A DNA stretch of 64,000 bases from IMG/VR virus record IMGVR_UViG_3300007523_000006, positions 1 through 64,000 of that record; one strand, written 5' to 3'. The notes below the pieces were generated by a model. It worked only from the letters and a program-made list of their open reading frames with translations, made no database searches and had not been told where the DNA came from. The stretch's first letter is position 1; each line of letters opens with the position of its first letter. The position numbers were made by a program, and so were the translations under genes. Source of the stretch: an uncultured virus (IMG/VR IMGVR_UViG_3300007523_000006) (lineage: Duplodnaviria > Heunggongvirae > Uroviricota > Caudoviricetes). Positions 28,651-38,412 of the stretch are shown in pieces.

Positions 28651-29733
28651 ATGGGTCGTGAAATCAAACGTGTAGACACTGGTTTTGAGTGGCCATTGGA
28701 AAAAGTGTGGAAAGGCTACCAAAACCCATATTGCAAACATGCACATAACTGTGCTGCTTGTGATGGATCGGGCTACAGTACAATGGCAAATCTATACAAA
28801 GATCAATGGTATGGGTATCACGAATTCAATCCTGTTGCCTATGGCAGCGAATTGCTCACACCTGAAACTCCGGCATTAAAATCATTCGTGGAATTTCAAG
28901 TGGATCGCTCCATTCGAGATGCTGCCAATGGCACAGCTTTGGAATTCCATGCTGATTTTCGCTCGACACGAACTGGTACAATGTGCCATAAGACTAAAAA
29001 TGGTCTATACACTCGTGAAGAGGCCATTGAACGTGACTGCAATCGACTATTGGAAATGTGGAACGAGCAATGGAGCCATCATCTGATTGCAGTTGATATT
29101 GCTGCATTGGTTGAGGGAAATCGGCTTTATGATTTGACTCGACAACGATTGAAAAATATTCCATTGGAGGAATATATCCGCACCCGTGCATATTACTTGT
29201 GGGTAGATGCTGGTCGTCCTGAAGGCGATGCGTCACAATTTTGGGAAATAGCCGCCAAAGAACACAGTGGTCCTTGGCTCCCGTTCTGGAACGGGCATAC
29301 CCCCACGCCAGAAGAAGTCAATGGCTGGAGCATCGCTGGCTTTGGTCACGATTCCATCAATTGTCACATTTGCATTGAAGCTCGATGTAAACGTGAAGGA
29401 TATTCCACGGAATGTGAAGTGTGCAAGGGAAAGGGTTCTATCTGGCAACCGGCAGAAGCCGAACAATGGGCTGAAGATTGGGTAGAAGAAAAACCGCCAG
29501 CAGGCGAAGGATACCAAATTTGGGAGACAGTATCTGAAGGTTCTCCAATCTCGCCCGTATTTTCCGACCCACGCATCCTGGCTGAATGGATGGCAAATTC
29601 CCCAACATGGGGTGCCGCCGAACCAATGTCTGCTGATCGGTGGTTGGAATGGATTGTCGGCCCAGGCTGGTCCCCGTCCGGCATGATGATAAATGGCGTC
29701 TACAAAGATGGCGTTGCCGCAATGACTGAGTAA
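28651..29733 (+). CDS. Phage protein with CxxCxGxG motifs and embedded DUF2934-like segment
   Basis: MGREIKRV start, CAACDGSG, CEVCKGKG, GEGYQIWETVSEGSPISPVF; IRTRAYYLW..AGRPEG. Confidence 0.75.
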   Translation: MGREIKRVDTGFEWPLEKVWKGYQNPYCKHAHNCAACDGSGYSTMANLYKDQWYGYHEFNPVAYGSELLTPETPALKSFVEFQVDRSIRDAANGTALEFHADFRSTRTGTMCHKTKNGLYTREEAIERDCNRLLEMWNEQWSHHLIAVDIAALVEGNRLYDLTRQRLKNIPLEEYIRTRAYYLWVDAGRPEGDASQFWEIAAKEHSGPWLPFWNGHTPTPEEVNGWSIAGFGHDSINCHICIEARCKREGYSTECEVCKGKGSIWQPAEAEQWAEDWVEEKPPAGEGYQIWETVSEGSPISPVFSDPRILAEWMANSPTWGAAEPMSADRWLEWIVGPGWSPSGMMINGVYKDGVAAMTE

Positions 29734-29763
29734 TTTTCTCTTCCCCATGACGTAAATAACGTC

Positions 29764-30534
29764 ATGGGGAAGTTTTCATTTCATCACTGGCTTAATCTTC
29801 AAGAAAACCAACACGTCGTTGAGATTCAGGTAGCACGCTTCCTTGAAGATATTCTTGAAAAAGCAACCGCTCACAAAAAGCAGGACATGCAGGCTGGTCA
29901 GCCAAATCAGACGTATACGAACTACGTCAGACAAGTTTGGCCACAGGACGCCATTCAAAATGGCGAATTTGTGTTGCCAAGCATCTTCCCTGCCGACATT
30001 GCAGGTCAGCGAGTACAATTCAAACTCAAGCTGGGACATAATGCCGCCGACACCGTTCACAATAACGGCAAGTTCGAGGGCTTTGTCATCAATATGTATC
30101 CATTCAACTATGCCAAAAGCATAGAAGATGTTGATCGTCATTTGATGACTCTCAAATCAGCAATGCACCATGAAGCGGAACATATCTATAACGTGGGTGC
30201 TGAATATGAATCCAATGATTGGGATGGCGACGACAAGCATCGCATGGCGATGCAATACATGAGCAATCCCGGAGAAATTCGAGCGCACGCTCGACAGATG
30301 GCCTATATGTACGCCAAGCACTTCCCTGGTGAGCCATTTGATCTAAAGAAGGCACAGTCAATTCTGAACGGTCCTGGGTTCACCACTACCCATAAGAACT
30401 ACTTCAATGGCTTTGCCAAGCCTGACGTTTGGCAAAAAAACGTCAATAGGTTTGGATATAATCATGCAAATCCGCACGATCAAATCATGCCATTGGTGCC
30501 ACAATTTTTGGCCCAATATCAGTCTCAGCCATGA
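29764..30534 (+). CDS. Putative zincin metallopeptidase-like protein
   Basis: HEAEH plus downstream Y..NPGEIRAHA. Confidence 0.65.
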   Translation: MGKFSFHHWLNLQENQHVVEIQVARFLEDILEKATAHKKQDMQAGQPNQTYTNYVRQVWPQDAIQNGEFVLPSIFPADIAGQRVQFKLKLGHNAADTVHNNGKFEGFVINMYPFNYAKSIEDVDRHLMTLKSAMHHEAEHIYNVGAEYESNDWDGDDKHRMAMQYMSNPGEIRAHARQMAYMYAKHFPGEPFDLKKAQSILNGPGFTTTHKNYFNGFAKPDVWQKNVNRFGYNHANPHDQIMPLVPQFLAQYQSQP

Positions 30535-30646
30535 ATGCGGCATTGCTCCTTACGCCTGGGTCGTAAGAAAAACGACATGAGGGTTGCAACTTGGCGAGTC
30601 TTTCCTAAAATAGCTCGATCAATTCGTTCCCTTTGAGGATTTTCTA

Positions 30647-30907
30647 ATGAACCCCAAGGCTGTTGAGCTTGTCGATGAGTACGGCGACCAAGCGTATCAC
30701 GTCGCCGTTGAGTTTACCGTGCTGGCTACCCACATCGGGGACACGGTTGGTGCTGAATTGTTTGGAGAGTGTGCCAGAGATTTAATAGAGGCGGGCTTCC
30801 ACAAGCACCGGAAAGAAAATGAAAGAAGATTTAGCTGGTGGAATTCGCTTCAGCGAAAGGATGAAACTCTACGAGGCGGGCTTCCACAAGCACCGGAAAG
30901 AAAATGA
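30647..30907 (+). CDS. Small hypothetical protein with rearranged 3' end
   Basis: GAGG RBS; overlaps 48-bp duplication. Confidence 0.55.
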   Translation: MNPKAVELVDEYGDQAYHVAVEFTVLATHIGDTVGAELFGECARDLIEAGFHKHRKENERRFSWWNSLQRKDETLRGGLPQAPERK

Positions 30908-30920
30908 AAGAAGATTTAGC
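30788..30920. repeat. 48-bp perfect direct repeat (30788-30835, 30873-30920)
   Basis: GAGGCGGGCTTCCACAAGCACCGGAAAGAAAATGAAAGAAGATTTAGC twice, 37 nt apart. Confidence 0.92.
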
Positions 30921-31001
30921 CGAAAGGATCTTCTATGGTGAAGAACCACGATTACATGAAGAACCAAGATTACAAACCGAAGAGGCGGCTTCGTAGTAAA
31001 G

Positions 31002-31032
31002 AAAAGACCCCGGTTTTAGCCGGGGTCTTTTT
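31002..31032. terminator. Bidirectional terminator
   Basis: AAAAGACCCCGG/CCGGGGTCTTTT. Confidence 0.85.
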
Positions 31033-31034
31033 GT

Positions 31035-31541
31035 TTAGCGAATGTTTTCTTCCAACAACTTCTTCACCCTGTTGAGATGGACGTTCGTGTCGATACGAAG
31101 CTGGCCCGATCTAACTCGTGGGTTGTTTATTCCAGTGGATGTTTTGATATTGATAATTGCACCGCCTCTAATATCCTTGATTACAACTTCGGATTTAGAG
31201 TATTCCATCCCACCTTCAATGGATTCAATCATAGTTGATTTGAAAACAAAAATACCATTTGGTTTCTTTTCAATTGTTTCTTTTGCAATCCAAACGAAGA
31301 CTCCTTTGCTGGAATCTCTGCGAACTTTGAACTTGCCGTTGCCAAGGTCTTCAACAAGAGTTACGCCGGACGCTTCTCGAACGGCATCTCTGTGAGAATC
31401 GACCCAATCAATTGTCTTTTGTGCAGTCGATCTAACTTCGATTTCTTTTTCGACCGTTGCTGCTGCATCTGCTGCATTGGCGATGTGTGGCATAAAGATG
31501 CTCGTACCAAGCAATGCCAATAGAACTAACAAGTGTTTCAT
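31035..31541 (-). CDS. Secreted protein, possible START/SRPBCC-like fold
   Basis: Signal peptide; GGAGG RBS. Confidence 0.65.
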   Translation of the reverse strand: MKHLLVLLALLGTSIFMPHIANAADAAATVEKEIEVRSTAQKTIDWVDSHRDAVREASGVTLVEDLGNGKFKVRRDSSKGVFVWIAKETIEKKPNGIFVFKSTMIESIEGGMEYSKSEVVIKDIRGGAIINIKTSTGINNPRVRSGQLRIDTNVHLNRVKKLLEENIR

Positions 31542-31652
31542 ATCCCCTCCGTGTGAAATGTGACTTGAAGTGACTTCTGATGTTATATAGCCTCAATATT
31601 TTGATATTGCACACTCCTTTATGTCGTCCAACCTTTTATCGGAGGAAACAAA

Positions 31653-32387
31653 ATGAAAGGCATTATTTTAGCAGGCGGGATGGGGACAAGACTTCATCCT
31701 TTGACAAAAGTAACCAACAAATGCTTATTGCCAGTGCATGATAGACCCATGATTTATTGGCCAATTCAAACACTTGTGGGCAGTGGCATCAAAGATATTC
31801 TTTTAGTATGTGGCGGGAACGCCGCAGGTGAATTTTTGAGAATCCTTGGCAACGGTGAAGAATTTGGCCTGAAACATCTTCACTACACATACCAGAAAGA
31901 AGCAAATGGAATTGCCGACGCTTTATCTTTGGCAGAAGAATGGGCAGACAATGAACCAGTAGCCGTAATTCTGGCTGACAACATTTATGAAAATCCGGTT
32001 CCTGAAGTTGTTACCGCCTTTGAAAAGAATCCTGATGGCGCACACATCTTCTTGACGCCAGTAGACCATCCAGAGTGTTACGGCGTAGTTGAAACAGACG
32101 CAGCAGGAAAAGTAATAGGGATCGAAGAAAAACCTAAAGAACCGAAATCCAACTTGATCGCAACAGGGTTGTATATGTACGACGGAGGAGTTTGGGACTA
32201 CATCCGAACGCTCAAGCCATCCAAGAGAAACGAACTTGAGATCACCGATCTCAATAATCGTTATTTGGGCATTGGGAAGCTCCACGCTCACACAATCAAT
32301 GGTTGGTGGGCAGACTGCGGAGAAAGTCTCGAAGGATATACGCAGACGTGCTATGCAGCCAGCAGACTTGGAAAGAAGGCTGAGTAA
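31653..32387 (+). CDS. rfbA: Sugar-1-phosphate nucleotidyltransferase (glucose-1-P thymidylyltransferase-like)
   Basis: KGIILAGGMGTRLHPLT, K.LLPV.DRPMI, EEKPKEPKSN, RNELEITD. Confidence 0.9.
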   Translation: MKGIILAGGMGTRLHPLTKVTNKCLLPVHDRPMIYWPIQTLVGSGIKDILLVCGGNAAGEFLRILGNGEEFGLKHLHYTYQKEANGIADALSLAEEWADNEPVAVILADNIYENPVPEVVTAFEKNPDGAHIFLTPVDHPECYGVVETDAAGKVIGIEEKPKEPKSNLIATGLYMYDGGVWDYIRTLKPSKRNELEITDLNNRYLGIGKLHAHTINGWWADCGESLEGYTQTCYAASRLGKKAE

Positions 32388-32388
32388 A

Positions 32389-33276
32389 ATGAAAGTTGTA
32401 GTTTGTCCTTTGGTTAGTCGAGATGTCCCGAAAGCAATTAGGGCAGTCAACTCGATTCGCAACATGATGGCAACAACCGAAGTTCAGTTTTCGGTTGTTG
32501 CCATCATCAATTCGTTAAACGCTGAATTCATTCAGGAATTCAAAACTTGGTGCGACCAAGAATCTGTTGAATACAAAATAACGCCGTCCAAAGGAACTCC
32601 CGCAGCAGGTAAAAATCAATGCCTGAAGTTTTTCCGGGAATCTCAATATGATGGAATGTGCATGGTTGATGGTGACGATCTGTATTATCCAAGTGCCGGA
32701 CTCCAAATCGAGAGACACTTAAAGCATCACCCTGGCACTGATTTATTGATCGTCAAGCCATCCGATCAAATCAATAACTACAGCAACAATTCAGTCCAAA
32801 TAAAAGAAAAAGTACACGCCTGTTGTTGGGGCGACAATATATTCCCATTGCCATACACTTATGGACCCGCAAAACATGAAATGTTCTCCAACAGAGCGGC
32901 TGCTCACAACTTAGGCGGGCATGTTTTTTACAGTCGCAAATTTGTCGAACTCCTTGAATACGATGAAGACCAACTATTGGGAGAAGACCTCTTGTTGGAG
33001 TTCAAAGCATTGAAGCTGCATCAGGAAGGGAAGTTGTGCTTCTGGCTGAGTTTTGCCAGCGACGTTCAGTTTCTTGATCGAACAGGCGAATCAAATATTC
33101 AAGCGATAAAAAACGAAACAGACGGAGAGATGTATTACAACCGGCTGGTTGAAAAAGTAACGTCGATCCTTGATACAAATCGAAGTTCGTTCAATGAGCT
33201 TCCTGTGGAATTTCCCAAAATCATATTCGGTCATGCCGAAAAAATTGCGTGGATTGCCCAACAAGTCGTAGTCTAA
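32389..33276 (+). CDS. GT-A fold glycosyltransferase
   Basis: GTPAAGKN, VDGDD (DxD), GED. Confidence 0.7.
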   Translation: MKVVVCPLVSRDVPKAIRAVNSIRNMMATTEVQFSVVAIINSLNAEFIQEFKTWCDQESVEYKITPSKGTPAAGKNQCLKFFRESQYDGMCMVDGDDLYYPSAGLQIERHLKHHPGTDLLIVKPSDQINNYSNNSVQIKEKVHACCWGDNIFPLPYTYGPAKHEMFSNRAAAHNLGGHVFYSRKFVELLEYDEDQLLGEDLLLEFKALKLHQEGKLCFWLSFASDVQFLDRTGESNIQAIKNETDGEMYYNRLVEKVTSILDTNRSSFNELPVEFPKIIFGHAEKIAWIAQQVVV

Positions 33277-33277
33277 A

Positions 33278-33306
33278 TTTACAAACGGCAAATTTCGTGG
33301 TAGAAT
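33278..33306 (+). promoter_or_regulatory. Promoter TTTACA-N17-TAGAAT with CGTGG extended -10
   Basis: Member of repeated motif. Confidence 0.8.
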
Positions 33307-33389
33307 ACTTCCGTCACAACGCCCCTAAATGAAGCAAGCCCCGATGCAAGGTGCATCGAGGCCAAGGTATTCTCCAGAAAGGACCGAAA

Positions 33390-34805
33390 ATGAATTGGCT
33401 CAACAACATTTGCTGGCTTTCCGATTCGTACAAAATCAGTCACTACAAGCAGTATCCGCCTGGGACAAAACGAATTTACTCGTATTTCGAGTCACGATCC
33501 GGGTCGGTTCATCCTGCCACGACCTTTTTTGGCCTCCAATATTGGCTGAAGCAATATCTGGTTGGGCAAGTCGTAACCGCCGAAAAAATCGACAAAGCAG
33601 AACGGCTGTTTAACAAACACTTCGGCGGCAAGGTTTTTAATCGTGAGGGTTGGGAATACATCCTCAACGTCCACAATGGTCGCCTACCTGTCGAGATTAA
33701 AGCGGCCCCCGAAGGTACAGTGGTTGGAGAATCCAACGTGTTGATGACGGTCGAAAATACCGACGACAACGCATTTTGGTTGACCAACTATCTGGAAACT
33801 TTACTGGTCCAGGTTTGGTATCCATCGACAGTCGCCACGCAAAGCCGAGCGATGAAGAAAGTCATCCTCGAATATCTTGCAAAGACAGGCGATACGGACC
33901 TGATCCACTTCAAGTTACACGACTTCGGTTTCCGTGGGGTCACTTGCCCAGAACAAGCCGCAATCGGTGGTGCATCGCACCTTGTAAACTTCATGGGAAC
34001 CGATACGATTCTAGGGCTTGTCTTATTGGACGAATTCTATCATGAACCATGTGCTGGCTTCTCGATTCCGGCTGCTGAACACAGCACAATCACGTCATGG
34101 GGACGTGAACACGAAGTCGATGCTTGTCGCAACATGCTAGTTCAGTATCCAACCGGCCTCGTAGCAACAGTGAGCGATAGCTACGACATTTTCAACTGCT
34201 GTGCCAATATTTGGGGCGGCGTCCTCAAAGACGAAGTGTTGGCTCGTGACGGTGTTTTGGTTGTTCGCCCGGACTCTGGCGACCCTCCGACCGTTGTGGT
34301 GAAAGTGCTGGATATTCTTGGCGAGAAATTCGGCATCACGATGAACAACAAGGGATATAAAGTCCTGCATCCCAAGGTTCGAGTTATTCAAGGAGACGGC
34401 ATCGACTTCAAGATGCTCGACCTGATCCTCTCAGCAATGGAAAAAGCTGGTTGGTCGGCTGACAACATTGCCTTCGGTTCAGGTGGTGGACTGCTTCAAA
34501 AACTCAATCGAGACACCCAACGATTTGCCTTCAAGTGTTCTTCGGCAGTTGTTGGCGATGAAGTCAGAGACGTTTACAAGCAGCCCATCACGGACGGCTG
34601 CAAGAAGTCCAAAGCTGGACGATTGAAGTTGGTCTGGTCAGACCGTCTCGGCCTCCTGGCGGGCGCACACGGCAAGGTTTTACAAACTGTGCCTGAGTCT
34701 GATCCACGTCCCGATCAGTTGCAGTTTGTCTTCAGGAACGGCGAACTTCTGGTTGACCAGACATTCGAGCAAGTTCGAGAAGCGACTAAACATACGATTC
34801 TGTAA
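33390..34805 (+). CDS. nadV: Nicotinamide phosphoribosyltransferase
   Basis: DSYKISH, LHDFGFRG, SIPAAEHS, VSDSYD, RPDSGDP, IQGDG, FGSGGGLLQ; AAAGGA RBS before ATG 33390. Confidence 0.93.
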   Translation: MNWLNNICWLSDSYKISHYKQYPPGTKRIYSYFESRSGSVHPATTFFGLQYWLKQYLVGQVVTAEKIDKAERLFNKHFGGKVFNREGWEYILNVHNGRLPVEIKAAPEGTVVGESNVLMTVENTDDNAFWLTNYLETLLVQVWYPSTVATQSRAMKKVILEYLAKTGDTDLIHFKLHDFGFRGVTCPEQAAIGGASHLVNFMGTDTILGLVLLDEFYHEPCAGFSIPAAEHSTITSWGREHEVDACRNMLVQYPTGLVATVSDSYDIFNCCANIWGGVLKDEVLARDGVLVVRPDSGDPPTVVVKVLDILGEKFGITMNNKGYKVLHPKVRVIQGDGIDFKMLDLILSAMEKAGWSADNIAFGSGGGLLQKLNRDTQRFAFKCSSAVVGDEVRDVYKQPITDGCKKSKAGRLKLVWSDRLGLLAGAHGKVLQTVPESDPRPDQLQFVFRNGELLVDQTFEQVREATKHTIL

Positions 34806-34847
34806 AATCAGAATAGATCAAGTACCACAATTTTATTCAGGAATGAT

Positions 34848-35251
34848 ATGACGAACTTCCAAGAATTCGTTGATCGTAAAAAAACGGTAAAAGTTGGCGT
34901 CGTTGGTTTTTCAGCCCAGAAGTTTGACATCTCTAAGGCAAAAGCCTATATCGTGGCGGCTTTTGACAAGATTGAAAAGGACTTCTCGCCGAAGAACATT
35001 CATTGCATTTCCGGATTGACCGACCTTGGCATTCCAGCACTGGCGTACCGGGAAGCGCTCTGGAATACGACTTATTCAATGTCGATGAGACGATCTTGGT
35101 AGGGGAAGAGTGGGGCGATGAGAGCGATACATTCCTCTCCATGCTCGATGTCATGGTGAAGGTGGGCGGCGGTAAACAATCGGTAGCAGAGGCTGAAAAG
35201 GCCGAAGCGAACGGGTTGTCGGTGATGAAATTTGATTTGAAGGCCGAATAG
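34848..35251 (+). pseudogene. Frameshifted Rossmannoid (SLOG-like) gene
   Basis: N-half VGVVGFS..SGLTDLGIPALAYREA and C-half LEYDLFNVDE..WGDES..VKVGGGKQS..E in different frames, joined near 35058. Confidence 0.65.
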
Positions 35252-35340
35252 CAAGGTTCGTTGAAGGTACACCTTCGACGCTTCAGACGCTTCAGATTGT
35301 AGTCAAATTGCGATATTAGTCAATTAGTTGGTTGTAAACC

Positions 35341-35955
35341 CTAATTGTGACCTTTTCGGGCTTCGCACCACTCAGCAAAAGAGGTCTTATTTGGGAATCT
35401 CTTCTTAATTGCCCGCAAATGACCGGGCCAAGCCTCTGCGAATTTGGGATGCAATTTCATACCCTCCACCTTGTCCAAATCAGCCCATTCCGACGCATCG
35501 TGTTCTTTTGAAAGCTGTACGTCGAAAGGCTTTGCGACAGCCATCAGGTAGGTGTGAAAGTGATGTGCGCCATCTCTGGCGTGGAAGTGTCCGAACCGTT
35601 GTCCCTCTACGGTGCCGCATTCTTCTTTGGATTCTCGCCGAGCCACATCAAGTGGAGCTTCCCCTTCTTTGGCTTTTCCACCGGGAATGCCCCAATGACC
35701 GGCGTAATCACTTGATCCATCTCTTTTCAACAAGAGAATCTTTTCACCATCGGTGAAAACGATGCCGCCGCCCAATCTACCCCAATATTTTTTGCCGTCT
35801 TTTCCGATCCGATGAAATTGTTCTGCCATGTCGGCCACAGTGGGATATATCTCCTGATGAGTTATTCCCCATTGTTTGCAAATATCGCAAAATGGAATAT
35901 CCGTTGTTTGTTCGTTTGTGATCGCTCCACAATGTTGACAAATATCGTGATTCAT
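35341..35955 (-). CDS. Nudix hydrolase with N-terminal Zn ribbon
   Basis: PGGKAKEGEAPLDVARRESKEECG Nudix box; CQHC..CDIC. Confidence 0.9.
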   Translation of the reverse strand: MNHDICQHCGAITNEQTTDIPFCDICKQWGITHQEIYPTVADMAEQFHRIGKDGKKYWGRLGGGIVFTDGEKILLLKRDGSSDYAGHWGIPGGKAKEGEAPLDVARRESKEECGTVEGQRFGHFHARDGAHHFHTYLMAVAKPFDVQLSKEHDASEWADLDKVEGMKLHPKFAEAWPGHLRAIKKRFPNKTSFAEWCEARKGHN

Positions 35956-36548
35956 TATCCCTTCGGCCCTCTCTTCAAAGGCACCGGCTTCATTTTAGAG
36001 ACATGACGATCTGGTTGTCCCTTCAAATGGTGCATCATATTGTGCAACTCTTTTGTGACATCTGCCGCTGAGTCTCCGTTGCACTTCTGAGCGTGTTGGA
36101 CGGATACGGTTCGACGATCTTTGTTGTAGAAGCCTTTGCTTATAACAAAGCAATTGTGGTCTGTATTCCAAGTCACAACCCCCGTCCATTCTCCGTCATC
36201 CCAATTACGATACGAGACGAGCAGACGGAGGGGCTTTTCCGTGAAGACGTGTTTGGTGTGATAGCCGTGATTCTTCAGTGCAGCACTAACATAACCCAAG
36301 CATATTTTGGCGAAGCCCTCCAAGGATTCCTTGGATGTAGTTCGATAATTTACTTCAATTGCGTATCTGGATGTCTCCACGGCTTCGACTAGATTCTCTT
36401 CCAGATATTCATGATGGGTTTTCATGCCGCCCCGTAGGGTTGTGGCAAAATACTCTTGACAAATACGCAAGAAGTCCTCTCGCTCTACCTTGAGTTCGGT
36501 ATGCGTATCATTTTTTTGCTCATTTCGCCAATTGTGAAAGTCTTTCAT
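35955..36548 (-). CDS. Hypothetical protein (MKDFHNW start)
   Basis: ATGA overlap with upstream methylase stop. Confidence 0.7.
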   Translation of the reverse strand: MKDFHNWRNEQKNDTHTELKVEREDFLRICQEYFATTLRGGMKTHHEYLEENLVEAVETSRYAIEVNYRTTSKESLEGFAKICLGYVSAALKNHGYHTKHVFTEKPLRLLVSYRNWDDGEWTGVVTWNTDHNCFVISKGFYNKDRRTVSVQHAQKCNGDSAADVTKELHNMMHHLKGQPDRHVSKMKPVPLKRGPKG

Positions 36549-37417
36549 TGTTCCCATCCTTTTTCGCCAATTTCGCAATCAAAGTTTGTCCAAATGACTT
36601 CCTGTCGCAATTTCTTTTCTCCGTTTTGGAGAGTCGAATTGGCAAACTCAGAGGTTCTTCTGAACTCTCTCCAGTCGTGGAGTAAACTCGGATACAGGTC
36701 ATTTATATATCCAGACAAGATCACCTTGCCTTGTAAAGTCAGAAGCAATTTCAACAATAAAATGTGTTGATCGTCTGAGAATTCATGAGAGTAATTTTCA
36801 CCGCCAGTTCTCGAACTCATCAAATAAGGCGGGTCAATATAATGCAAGGCATTAGGGGTGTCATATCTTTGTATTGCATCTAAGGCATCAATGTGTTCAA
36901 TCTGAACATTCTTGATTCGGTTGCAAACATCTTCAAGTCCATCAATGGCTCCCAACCATTGACTGACTGGTAATGCCCTTTTTTGTCTAGCATCTTTTTT
37001 TGTATAACTCCATCGTCCTGGAGTAGCCTTGGTTGCCAAGCCGCTTCTAACCTGTCTGGCTTTTACAAAGAATCTACGAGCTTTTTCCAATGGATCAATG
37101 GCTTCTTCCATACAAGCGATTCTGAATTCTTCTCGACTATACGGAGTAAGGTCCAATAGACCGACCAATTCTTTTTGATTCAATCTAAGAACTTCAAAGA
37201 AGTTCACCACATCATTGTGAATGTCATTGTAAACTTCTACATCACTTGGAGCTTTATTCAAAAGCACTGCTGCCGATCCGCCGAACGATTCCACATACAC
37301 TTTATGTGGAGTTGAATCCACTAATGGAACAAGCCAATTGAGATGACAGGTTTTTCCGCCATACCAAGAAAAAGCACTGATTTCATTTTTGCGTCTTCTC
37401 ATGTATATAATAAACAA
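36545..37417 (-). CDS. Second D12/Dam-like DNA adenine methyltransferase
   Basis: WYGGK, ESFGGS, VYND, IDPPY. Confidence 0.93.
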   Translation of the reverse strand: MFIIYMRRRKNEISAFSWYGGKTCHLNWLVPLVDSTPHKVYVESFGGSAAVLLNKAPSDVEVYNDIHNDVVNFFEVLRLNQKELVGLLDLTPYSREEFRIACMEEAIDPLEKARRFFVKARQVRSGLATKATPGRWSYTKKDARQKRALPVSQWLGAIDGLEDVCNRIKNVQIEHIDALDAIQRYDTPNALHYIDPPYLMSSRTGGENYSHEFSDDQHILLLKLLLTLQGKVILSGYINDLYPSLLHDWREFRRTSEFANSTLQNGEKKLRQEVIWTNFDCEIGEKGWEQ

Positions 37418-37493
37418 CTTTTTTTAGAATGGTTGAAAAATAAAGGCGTATATAGGATCAAAGAGCGAATAAATCACCAAATGAAATAAAGAG

Positions 37494-38366
37494 TCACCCC
37501 ATCATGGGTCCAAGCAAATCGCCCCATTTAGAAATTAGCTTTTCTTCCCAATCCTTCTTTTCTTGAAGACCTTCGGCAAGAATAGCCTGACCATCTAATT
37601 GAACGCCGCCACCAGGACCGGGAGGGTTAGCAATACGACTGCGAATGCGACCCAAAACGATCTTAGCGAATGCTAAAGACCCTTCCTGCATTGCCTGTGT
37701 CACCATTCGGAAATCTGGGCGGCGTTGTAAATACCGCACAGCGACAGGATAACTGCGATAAGGGATTGGATATAGCTTAATGTGGTTGTACCCACCTAGA
37801 AACTCCCATCCACCTTGCTGACTTGAGATTCTGTTGTACATATCTTCATATTGTTTGTATAAAACCCAATCGGACATATTGCCCCAAACTGGCTGTTGAG
37901 GGTTAATGCCACCGGCAATTGAGCCATAGGCTCCACCACCCATATAATCCAGAGGAATTACGCCACCCAAATCGGAAGCTGAAAAAGCATAATTGGCTGT
38001 TTCTTTATAGGAAATTTGTCTAATAAAGCCCACATCAGGTGGCATTTGATAAACGCTCTGTCCTGGTACTGTATAAAAAGTATGGTATTGAAAATATTCC
38101 ATTGGGGCATAATCTTCAAAGATTTGCAGGGCGAAATCAATGCAGTTTTCGATCTGTTGATCGTCCAATTCGAGCGGCAAAACTGGTGCGCCGAGCATAG
38201 TCAGGACATATTCTTTAATTTGTCCACGCACTTTTTCTCTATTTCTGCGTGGGCCGATCTTATCTAAAGGATCGGTAGGGCCTAAATCTCCGCAGCCCTG
38301 TCCACAAGAAAGCTGTGAGAATTGGTCCTTAGTCGGTCGTGGGACAAAAAGCATATTGTTCATCAT
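37494..38366 (-). CDS. Neck / head-tail adaptor (T4 gp13-like)
   Basis: LGAPVLPLELDDQQIENCID.AL, LAFAKIVLG.IR, PGPGGGVQLDG..ILAEG. Confidence 0.85.
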   Translation of the reverse strand: MMNNMLFVPRPTKDQFSQLSCGQGCGDLGPTDPLDKIGPRRNREKVRGQIKEYVLTMLGAPVLPLELDDQQIENCIDFALQIFEDYAPMEYFQYHTFYTVPGQSVYQMPPDVGFIRQISYKETANYAFSASDLGGVIPLDYMGGGAYGSIAGGINPQQPVWGNMSDWVLYKQYEDMYNRISSQQGGWEFLGGYNHIKLYPIPYRSYPVAVRYLQRRPDFRMVTQAMQEGSLAFAKIVLGRIRSRIANPPGPGGGVQLDGQAILAEGLQEKKDWEEKLISKWGDLLGPMMG

Positions 38367-38412
38367 GGTGATATATAGGAAGAGTACAAATGAAACTCGT
38401 AAAGGCAGGATT

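Noticed and set aside
30788..30920. Mini CRISPR array (48-bp repeat, 37-nt spacer)
   Set aside because: Only two copies, non-palindromic, within coding sequence, no cas genes or leader
33307..33389. NAD/PRPP riboswitch upstream of NAMPT
   Set aside because: Only one short hairpin; no match to a riboswitch consensus I can verify
3802..37417. Restriction-modification systems around the two methylases
   Set aside because: No adjacent endonuclease recognisable; orphan methylases are ordinary in large phages
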